Assembly: GCA_040954595.2 (NCBI GenBank)
Contig: CM082598.2
Coordinates: forward strand, 1,240,001-1,304,000
DNA length: 64,000 bases
Direction of reading: 5' to 3'
Origin: Balanoglossus misakiensis
Taxonomy: Eukaryota > Animalia > Hemichordata
Part shown: positions 39,701 to 50,300 of the stretch, one piece after another
How the letters are laid out: each line of letters starts with the position of its first letter
How positions within the stretch are numbered: position 1 is the first letter of the stretch
Notes under the pieces: model-generated
Database searches by the model: none
What the model was told of the DNA's origin: nothing
Seen by the model: the letters and a program-made list of their open reading frames with translations, nothing else
Position numbers and translations under genes: made by a program

Positions 39701-41434
39701 CCGTTTGCTTTTGGATGAGTCTTGACAAGAAGTATGCAAATCAGTCCAACACCGCCTTCAGTTACTTCGTCGCTGGCGACACAGAGGGCAGTATTGTACT
39801 GGATGATGTCAACAATCTGGTGGTGGTTATTAACAACCAGCGAAGTGATCCAACCGGGGTTAATTTGAATAATCAAACGTCACATTTTATATGCCTGGTT
39901 TGGGAGTCCAAGGGCGGGAGCTTTAAGATTTATGACAGAACAAATGTGCTGTACGCCGGCTCTGGTCTGGCTGCGGGTACCAGAATTAAGGGCGGTGGTT
40001 CCTTGGTGATTGGACAGAGGCAAAGTGAGGTTTCTGCCGGATTCAACAAAGTGGATTCGTTTTACGGGAAATTGCGATATTTCAACTTCTACAGCAAGGC
40101 TCTCAAGAAACGGCGGGAAGTGAAGGTTAGTTAATTGCAAGTATGAAGAATATTTTGATATCCAAAAGTTGGAAAGTTTTTCAACTTGTTATTAAACCGT
40201 GCTCGAAATTTCAAAGACCAGGCTATTTTGTCAATGAATGAGGAAGGAGTCCAACCAAGCAGCCCCCTCGCCAAAGATGCCAAACAAGACCGAATCAGTC
40301 CTGCACATTTCTTCCAAAATATTTCTTCATTTTTTTTTCACCATGAAGAGAGCGACCAATGCCTGCGACCCTGACTGCGGTGACGTCATTTCTTGGCACG
40401 AGTTGCAATACGTGGATCTGATCAACATTGACGTCAGACAGTTCACCTGCGGTGGCGGTAAGTGTGAGAAGTCACATCTTTTTTTTCCAGTTGCCTTTCT
40501 CGCCGAAACAGCAGTATTTTAGGAGTGGGTGACGTTTACCCAATGGGTGTAATTTCACACACTTTAATTAGGGAAAAATATAATAAGTTCTGTAGTTGTA
40601 AAAAAGCTAAACACTGAGTTGTATTTCGGGAGCGATGCTTTGAAACACCGCGCTCCTATTATACAATGAACGTATAGCGCCACTGAGACATGCGCAGATT
40701 GTGTACTATGCAACCGTCACTTCATCAGCCTCCGAGATCGGAAAATGCAACTTTTTCCTGAATCTCAGTTTAAGACACCCGTAGCTTTCAGTGACCATAT
40801 AAGGCGGGTGGTACTACGGCTAGACGTCAGTTGAGACGTGAACGTTGTAGTGGGAGCATCTCTCTCCGTGTCTCTGCCGATTTGAACTCGAATTTTACAT
40901 CTTGCTTTCTTATTTTCTCGTCTAAACCTCTTCCACGCCTGTGGGAACACCTACTCTGTAATCTCTGACTGGTAGATCGGTGTTCACTTACGGTCATTGT
41001 GTTATTTCGGTGTTTTTTTGGTCCACATTGGTGACCTGTGTGTCAGTGTGTAGTTCTTAGCCTTTGTTCTGCCGTGCACAAAGGTCATCGAACTAAGGGT
41101 TGTTGCCTGTCAACGGCACCTGGCTTCTCCACGCTACTACCCTTGAGTTGTTTTGGGTGTGCAGATTTGTCTGTTATTTTGACATGTGAGGCATGGTGAA
41201 ACCATTCTTATTTTTTGTTTATTCAACTCAAATTCGACAAGTACGTCAAAATGGTGTCGTTATTATTCTATTATTAAACATTTGCTGATTATTTTTAGAC
41301 TTGTTAATATTCTTTTCTGTGACACTGTTAATCATTTGTGACTGTGTCTGTATATTCTTTTTCATTGTTGTTTTGTGTGCTTTTAACTATTTTTATTTTG
41401 TTGGATTTTTTATGAGCATACCCTCGAAATAAAG

Positions 41435-41465
<31 letters not shown>

Positions 41466-44010
41466 ATGATAACTATTATTCTTCGGTGAAACTTCCCGAG
41501 CGCTCAAAGTGTTCACGGTCACTCCATGCACACAATTTCCTTTATATACTGATTCGGAATGGCCAGGTCACCGACCTCTCCGCTGTGTCCAGAAAATACG
41601 ACTTTTTCCTGAATCCCAGCTTAAGACACCCCGTGTAGGTGTCAACGCCCTCTCTTCATCTAACTGCAGCCGCTGTGTCCAGAAAATACGACTTTTTCCT
41701 GAATCCCAGCTTAAGACACCCCGTATAGATGTCAACGCCCTCGCTTCATTGACCATATAAGGCGGGTGGTACTACGTGAGACGGGTAAAAAACTCCCGGC
41801 ATTCCCTCGGCTAGACGTCAGTTGAGACGTGGACGTTGTAGTGGGAGGATCGCTCTCCATGTCTCTGCTGATTTGAACTCGAATTTTGCATCTTGCTTTC
41901 TTATTTTCTCGTCTAAACCTCTTCCACGCCTGTGGGAACACCTACTCTGTAATCTCTGACTGGTAGATCGGTGTTCACTTACGGTCATTGTGTTATTTCG
42001 GTGTTTTCTTGGTCCGCATTGGTGACCTTTGTGTTAGTGTGTAGTTCTTAGCCTTTGTTCTGCCGTGCACAAAGGTCATCGAACTCTGTGTCCAGAAAAT
42101 ACGACTTTTTCCTGGATTTCAGTTTAAGACACCCGTAGCTTTCAGTGACCATACGCCTGCAAAGGCGGTGAGAGGGCTGTGAGAGAGTCTGATTTCAAAT
42201 AAAGTACATGTAAGGGAACTTTGGAAATGTTGTATAACGACGCTAATCGTTTAGTTTTTTTTAATTTACAAATACCGGTGTTTCGACTTTCCACAGGTGG
42301 CAACTTGGGAAGTGTAGCCCCCATGTTGACTGCACCAACATCCACTCTCGGTACTGAGATGAATTTCACGGTGTTAGGTCTGAACGTGGAGCAAGTAGAG
42401 ACCACGATTGAGCAGTCCACTTTCTCATTCACGTCAAAAGAATCGACGCCAAATCCAGGTTCACCGTTCACACAATCATCAACCATAACTGAGCAGACAA
42501 CCCTCCCATTCAAATCAAATGCGTCGACGCCGACTACCAATACGTTGTACTCGGAAGGGTACCCGCCCTTTTCAACACCGAATGGAACGACTCAGCCAGA
42601 AACTACTTGGCCTGATATAAATTCAACACTGCCAGAAACAACTTTTCCCACTTCGCCATCACCAACGACCGAACAACCTAAATGCTTCCCAGAACAGCCT
42701 GACACACCACAACCATGCCCGGATATTTCGACTTCAACAAATTATACGGGTATGTCAATCTCCCCATCTCCCCCCTCCCTCCCTCCCTCCCTCCCCCCTC
42801 CCCCTCTCTATCTATCTCAATGTCTATATGTCTATCAGAGTTCAAGGCAAACTGATTTTGCTTCGTACACCAAGTGTCTATATGTCCACCAGCATTCGAA
42901 GCAAACAACACTCGCCACATGTTTCAATAAAGTATCATGTTTGCCCATTCTTCAGGCGAGATTCCTCGATGCTTCATCAACGTTGCCTGCGGCAAGTACG
43001 CTGAACAGAGCTCTGGTTACTGGTACACCAGCGCCAGGAATGCCGTGGATTGCAACAGAGAGTCTCTCGTCTGCCTCGGTTCCTGTACATTTACACAGCG
43101 AGAGTACGAACCTTGGTTTCGAGTTGATCTCGTGAGATCTCGTCTCGTTTATTTCATCACACTTACCAATGCAGATGATTGCTGTGACGGTACGAGATTT
43201 TTTTGCATGAGTTTTATCGTCGACGAGTTTCATAAACGCTTGAAGATAATCCCTTGATGTGATTGGTCAACTTTCCCTTTTGGCCTCGCTTTGAGTTCAA
43301 ATTCATGATGGCTGCACGAAGGCGCTAGACTTATGAAAATTAAAGTAATATCATTGATATCTTTTTATTTTTCTGCTGTGTGTAGAGGAAAAACTCCTTG
43401 GTTCTGAAGTAAGAGTCGGCCATTTTATGGACTTCAGAAAAAATGAGGTGTGTGGTGTTGTGACGGAGAACCTGGCACGTTTGGCGGTGGTTGGCATGGA
43501 GTGTGCCGGGGGCCCGTTGGATGGGCGATACGTCAACGTTCAAGTGAGGTGTCGACTGGCAACGCTGTGCTTGTGTGAGGTGGAAGCATGGACTGACGAT
43601 TTCGATCAGGCGTTGGACTTTGGAAAGCTTCGTGCAGGCTGCGTGCAAAATCTGCAAGCAAGATCTGCAAGCAAACCTGATCGTGACCGTGACCTTGCTG
43701 GTTAGAATTACTTGTCTTTAATATTGGAGAGAAGCCACATTGACTGTTGCCTGAATTCTAAACTAAACAGATGGTGAAAACTCATTTTACTAGCAGACAA
43801 CTAAAATAAAACAGGCTGATGCAGGACAGATTCTTTTCTTGCATGTACTTTGAGGAGTAAATACGCCACACAATATTATTTTGTTGTTTTTCAGCTTCGT
43901 CAGAATACCGTCCTGCGAACGAGATGACAAACACGGGAATATTGGCACCAATCCGACGATACATATACGATATGTTGTGTTCATCCAATACCACGGCAGA
44001 CACCGATTGA
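36712..44010 (+). CDS. Paralog B: signal peptide, 3x pentraxin, S/T/P-rich stalk, F-type lectin (FTP), short tail, secreted; ~1047 aa, 12 exons (36712-36799, 37273-37619, 38005-38172, 38312-38423, 38611-39143, 39237-39363, 39584-40125, 40349-40457, 42297-42749, 42956-43189, 43386-43700, 43895-44010)
   Basis: Same exon count and phases as paralog A; exons 4, 5 and 6 have identical sizes (112, 533, 127 nt). Last exon ASSEYRPANEMTNTGILAPIRRYIYDMLCSSNTTADTD* aligns to A (GLAPIQQFVFDLCCSS) and is followed immediately by AATAAA at 44011. Confidence 0.88.
36830..36883. repeat. 21-bp tandem repeat x~3 (TTCGTGCATTTTGGACAAA..) in paralog B intron 1
   Basis: Seen directly. Confidence 0.8.
40741..42153 (+). 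mobile_element. Composite repeated insertion in paralog B intron 8: a ~300-bp unit twice, a ~60-90-bp unit four times, and an AATAAA+(TAA)n tail
   Basis: TGACCATATAAGGCGGG...AAAGGTCATCGAACT at 40792-41094 and 41750-42085. GAAAAT.C.ACTTTTTCCTG.AT..CAG.TTAAGACACCC at 40741, ~41592, ~41682 and ~42095. AATAAA+(TAA)n at ~41428-41460 resembles a CR1/L2 3' end. Confidence 0.6.
43256..43340 (+). repeat. ~85-bp dispersed repeat; second copy at ~49636-49722
   Basis: TGATGTGATTG.TCAAC..TTCCC..TTGGCCTCGCTTTGAGTTCAAATTCA.GATGGCTGC....GCGCTAGACTTATGAAAAT is shared by introns of paralog B and PRR5. Confidence 0.8.
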
Positions 44011-44930
44011 AATAAATCCCCCAAATCGCCATGGATACGCTATTTTTCGAGCTATAATTGGTTTCTACGGTGTAGATGCTGAAAATTATCTTTCTGTCAC
44101 AGAAGATATTGTGATTGATGCAATTATCTTTGAGAGACATAAGGTTGTGTTAGATGTACTGGTTGGCCATTAAACAATTTGTGGCAACATGTACATGTAA
44201 TACAGAACATTTGTCCTTCAAGCATGCGATATGTCATTTCTGCGGAAAATGAAAATGATAAACAATGTTAAGTGAACATACCATTGTGATGATTGATCGC
44301 AATTGGATATCCATTATTTCTGAATGATTCATTGATTTCTGTCAGTTGCAGAATTTTCTGGGTCACCTCTTGTGGTTTGAGACTAAATTTTGAAGAGGGG
44401 AGTTCGTTTGTAAATTAACCACTTAACCCAAAATAAATTTGGTACTCTGTTATTGATTAACCAGGGGGTGGGTAAACCTATTTATCAATATTTTGCCACC
44501 AGTGTTAAACTTCTACGATGTTGGGCAAAATTTTGGCATCCCCTGAATCAGAGAAATTGATATATGAAATTTTAATTTTGAAATTGGTATCGCATTTCGT
44601 ATTAGTTTCAAGCAACGAACCGTACGTCAGTATATATCTGCTGATGTAAGTATTAACCTTAAATTTGTCTTCTTTGGAATAATATATTTGCAAATATCAT
44701 GTGCAACTTTATAAACATATATAGCAACGACTGGGGTATTTTATTAATGATATGTTTTTTAGCGATTTGGTTGACGTTTTTACTCAATCGAGAATTTGCC
44801 ATATGTTACGTACTTTATGTCTTAGTTGTGATATGCAAATCGTAGATATGAACAAATACTTTCATACTTTCTTTGTGGAGACAAGCGCATCACTTAGTTC
44901 ATTTGTCTTTCATGACAGATCTCATCCACG

Positions 44931-46203
44931 ATGCTCCTATCAATATTGATTTTGGTCATCCACGCGTCCTTCGTATCACCGGTCAGTACTTTCTCCGATT
45001 ATTCATTTTTTTTACTTTCTCGGTTTTGGTGTTCCTGGGGAAATGTTTTTGGACTTTCCTGTGTGGTTGAAAAGATTTCTTTGTACGTATGTGTCACAAG
45101 ATCTCTCTCTCTCTCTCTTTTCTGGCAGCAACTTCAGGATATATTCCCGGGTAAGAATTCTATTGAAATGAAATGCAGCCCTAATTTCCACACAGAAAAC
45201 TTGCCAGAAGACATTTGCTTTTATTTCTAGCGCCAGAACCTGTTTGCTTCTTGATTTTATTCATTTATTTATTTACTTATTTATTTACTAAGCTGCTGTC
45301 AGTTGTTCTGCGACTGTCAAGTACGAAGTCTTCTGCCAACAAGGTCCAGTTGGTGACCCTTCAATGACCTATTACGACGCTGCTCAGGCATCTTGCGAGA
45401 GCCGCAACGGCAGTTTGGTAACCCTGAAAAACGAAGCGACGCATCTGAAAGTGCGCGATCTCATCATGTCCAACAATCTCCACAAATTCCCGTGCATCTC
45501 TCATCATGGTTTCTGGATCGGATTGGATGATAGAGACGTTGAGGGCGTGTTTGTGTGGAGCGATAACACCACAATGTCCGGTTACACCAATTGGACTCCA
45601 GGTGAACCCAACAATAAAGCCAGATTGGACAGAGATGGTCAGGACTGCGTTCAGATGTGGTAGGCAAACTTGACAATTGACTTGATACTAATGATGTGGC
45701 CCTAAACGGAATTAGTCATCCGCAATGGAAACTGTTTATTTTTTGACGTTCCTATTGTTTTCTTTGCGTGGCAAGGTATACACTGGCACTTCTGCGTATC
45801 TTATTGTTCTATATCGTCATGTGGATTTGGAAGGGAAAAGAATGACTATCAGACACGTTTGGGTTTATAGGTCTTTGTTCTCTTTAATGAAATGCAGGTT
45901 TAAAGGTTCACGGAACGGGCGATGGGATGATGAGTATTGTAACAAGCGACGGAAGGGATATGTTTGTGAGATATCAGGTCAGTAGAAATCTCACTTATTT
46001 TCTCCATATCGTTAACATAGAGGAGGCGGCCATTTTGAATTTCAAATCTGGGACAATTTCACTCTCTGTGAAAATCAAATTTTTATTCTCGATTTTAAGA
46101 GAGAATAATGTAACTGAGACAATGTTTAACTTTCTTTTTCGAGGTACATTCTGATAAATCTTTCTTTTCCTTCTTATGTTCTACAGATGCGTACACTTGT
46201 TGA
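44931..46203 (+). CDS. Secreted single-domain C-type lectin (EPN type), ~178 aa; exons 44931-44981, 45129-45150, 45293-45659, 45898-45977, 46187-46203
   Basis: Signal peptide MLLSILILVIHASFVSP. CTLD motifs AQASC...GSLVTL, FWIGLDD, EGVFVWSD, YTNWTPGEPNN, QDCV, WDDEYC, YVCE. Junction phases are consistent; the first two exons are less certain. Confidence 0.85.
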
Positions 46204-46614
46204 TTATATCAAGTGACGAAAAATAGGCGACCACTGTCTGCAATTAGAATATGTTTTCGCGTTCGGATACTTCATTTTAAATTTAACAAAAAATTCATTC
46301 CAAATTTTACAATTTTGTTATCGTCATTGATATGTTTCTCCGTCAGTCAGAAAATACAGATACGCCACATTAAAACTTTGCTGATTGTCGCAATAATCAA
46401 AATATTATGGTCTTCCAACTGTGTTTATATGGTATTGGCAGTTTGATCCAATTGATCATGGTGGAAAATTGTAAATAATGCATCCATTCTACTAGGACAT
46501 TTTAAATAACAAAATTTCAATGTCTATTTAGAATGGACGAATTTGAAGCGATGGGCAACCTGAAGCAGTTTCTCTTGATCTTCATAAAAAGTTTATTCTG
46601 GTTTCTTCTTAATC

Positions 46615-47294
46615 TTAAGCATAATGGACAGACTTCGTTTTCTTGTGACTGAACAGAGATCGAAGCCTGTTCTTCCGAGTTTTAGTTTCAACGGTTGCAC
46701 TGGGTGGTTTCAGGATAGAGCGACTTGTGGCCACAGGCAGACTGGCCCTTCTGGCATTGCGGTTGAAGAAAGCTGGGCACTCGGAGGTGCTTCGTTTCCT
46801 GAGAGGCAGCGGCGAGAGCGTCGATGGACTATCGGGTTCATCGGAATCAGAACAAGCAGAACCGCCGCCATCTTTTCGGTGACCGTCCTCTGAATTAAGG
46901 CTTGTAAGCAGAACATTTGGCATGCTTCCACGCCGGAATTTCGGCAGCGGCCTGTTACCGCCGTCCCTCCCGAGACTGCTGCCAACGTCCTTCGTCTGGT
47001 CGGACAGTTCCTCCTCGTTCCCAGGTGGGCCATCCGACGGCAGACTGCCTCCCTTCCCGACGCTGTCTCCGCCATCCTTCTCCTGGTCCGACCCATCATC
47101 CTCGCTTTCATCCGCGATACTGAATATAACTCTGTGGCCTCCATCTTTCTTGTTTTCGTTGTTGTTGTTGTTTATATACTCGTCGTGCGACACCGACCGG
47201 TAGAATGACCTTGGAACAACACCTACAGTAGAAACATAAAATTGTAACCATTTCCTGGGTGCAAGATTTTCTCTTGTTTACAATAACCTATGAT

Positions 47295-47338
<44 letters not shown>

Positions 47339-50300
47339 GTCAGTCAGTCAGTCAGTCAGTCAGTCAATCAGTCAGTCAATCAACATACCATTATGTGGTG
47401 TATTTAAGTCTTCCTGATTGGGTCTTGACACTGATGATATTTTTCTTTGAATCTTGATTTTTCCGCCAATATAAAGCCCACGCGTGCCAATATAGGGACT
47501 AATCGCCCTGGCAACCAATTCTTCGAGTCGGAGGTAATTCCTAGAGGGCGGTCTACTGTCGTGAACATGTTGCAGTACCAGCAACATCTGCGTGATTTCA
47601 GCCTCAATATTCGACCCCGCTGAAATCAGCGCATCTTTGGGAGACAGAAAAGTGGAGAAATTGCATATTGAAACTGATCTATGGAAGAGTGTGATGCGAT
47701 GATGATGATGATCATGTGTGTGTGTGTGTATTACCCACTGTACGTTCAGAGCTGTTTCACTGTATGCCAGATCAGTTTGTCGTGAAGAGCAGACGCTCCT
47801 GTAATTGGGTCAATCTGACAATCGCAAATTATCAGGTTGAAAAGATAACAGCCGAATTTATTTCCTAAATTGAGTGATTGTGAATCATTAACTACACAAT
47901 GACGTCTATACTGTGAAACAATTAACTCCGTGTCAAATTCCATCACAGTACACACCATTGTCGCCATTTATCGTCACATTGGAACCGAGGTTGTTGACCA
48001 GAAAGTCCTAATAAAAGCTGCAGGCATTCTCTTGGTAATTTATGTGTTTTAGAATTTCACAATAGCCAGGAGATTTCACAGCGTCAGTAGTATGTGTTGA
48101 TTTGAGGTGTATTTTTGCTGGTTGAATAATGTTGATCAAACTGTGCAGCATAACGGTATATTGGGGAAAGCTTATAATCGGGGAATTACTCCTGTACCGA
48201 GCAGTGTGGGAATTTGTCCATGGTTGCAGTGAGGAAAACATGATTGTTTGTACATGTTATATTTCGCTTCTCTTGGAGCTTTGCCTATTTGGGATTTGCC
48301 GCTAAAGCAAGAATGTTCATCTGTTTTGTGTTCGTGACATTTCCAATAATTTTATACCGAGGAAATTGAACGACAAAAACAACAACATCGGGTTATGGCT
48401 TCCTCATTTGCATATTATGTATTAATAAAACAATGCTGATAAACAAGCAAATTTACAGGTTATGACGTACCTATGACGTTAACATCTAGGAGGACAGTAT
48501 CCCGAAATCCGACTAAAGACATCTGGCGAATCGTGAGATTTGTCGTCTGTTAGTTAGAAAGAAAACACGTTACACCCACTGAAAAATCTGTGATTGGACT
48601 ATATTCGAATTTTCCATGTAACAGTGATTTAGTTTGCATAGGTGACTGTATACATTGAAATGCCAAGACAATCCATGATGTCCTTCGCCAGCAAGAGTGA
48701 ACCACGTGACCACCGGATCCATTTAAAGCAAATAGAATTTACCCTTTATCTGGTGGTGTGAAATTCAATTAGGTGAAAAAGCAAAACACACCTGTACTGA
48801 AATGAGGATAGCTTGTATCTGTGGCAACATAGTTGAGTAGAATTTCACCCAGAGCTCAGCTAAGGCGTGCAGCAGGACATCACCATCGCCTGCAAACAAT
48901 CCACAAGTTCCAGTGTATAATTACATATTTATGTACCTAAAGCAAACACATCTGCGAGTCACTGTCGGTCACGGTTGATATTGTTAAACTTTCACAGCTG
49001 TAGACTACATGAGAATGTTTTGATAAAAATTCAACAAGTCGAAATGAAATGTCTCACCTTCGCGGAGAATTTCCTCCAGGAGATACTGCATTCCTCGCTT
49101 CAGGAGATGAGTCTGTTGGGTATTTGTTAAAAGTCGAACATGATAGATAAATAGAGGGGAAATAGATGAATTTCCGCCCATTGCGAGATCTCGCAAGAAT
49201 TGGTTAATTACCGCAGCAGTGAATTGCTATATAGCCAAGTATTGCAAGTCAAGCTAGCTTTGTATGAAACTAGATGCACGATTGGTCACGTGAGAATGTT
49301 CTCCCATACAAATAGCCTGGCCACGCGAGATCTCGTAGGGTCTCGTGGAGTTCGGTAATGGGTCTACTGGGTTATGTTTATGCACGTCTTTCTTCATCCA
49401 TAGTAGAATTAATGAGATCACAATGAAATATGTGGAATGATTAAGAATATAAACTGCACCAACCTTATAATATTCGCCTAAAAATGTACTGAGCTCGGAT
49501 TTCAAGACTGTTTGTATCATTTTATGGAGTTCATAAACCTCTGTTGGTTCAACTTTCTCTTCTCGAAAGATGCCACTTATAGCGTCCTGTAGACTGCAAC
49601 AGAAAAAAATGATTACAATGTACCGTCCATACACTTGATGTGATTGTTCAACGTTTCCCCATTGGCCTCGCTTTGAGTTCAAATTCAAGATGGCTGCGTG
49701 AGAGCGCTAGACTTATGAAAATGATGATTTGTGGTAGAATTTTTACTGTGATGAGTAGAGTTGTCATCACCAACATTCATTTGTAAACTCCAAATTATGT
49801 GGAATGCGTGGATGCTGTCCGGTCACATGTACAGCCATAGTGGTGACCTTTTACTGGAGCCCGAAATACATTTCCGGTTACCTTCAAAATATCACGAAGG
49901 ATTGATATATCGCAGATACCTTATCTCATGAGCGGAGGTTGTGGGTGGAATTGAAGCGTGTACATGGCAAACATGTATCACCGGAAATTTGATACAAGCC
50001 TGTAGCTATACCGTGCCTACTACCGCGGTAAGTCGACCTAATTCGGCCTTCAAAATGTTTATATTATTTTTGAATGGCGATTAAGCGAATAATAGCGTAG
50101 AATACGATACACGAAACGGTTATTTTGAGAAACAAAACTCCATAAAAACAGCAAAATTTTCAAAAAGGAGCAGACGACAAAAGAACAGCCACAGGTGGTA
50201 TTTTCCCACTGGGCGAAAAATTCACAGAATAGACTCGTCGTCATTCACTTTTGCAATCGTTTATCGCTCTATAGCGCTCTCATATCACCAAGGTTCTTAG

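Noticed and set aside
43895-46203. C-type lectin as the C-terminal domain of paralog B
   Set aside because: B has a terminal exon homologous to A's, with a stop and AATAAA, and the lectin has its own signal-peptide exon. Alternative splicing is phase-compatible and not excluded, but nothing supports it.
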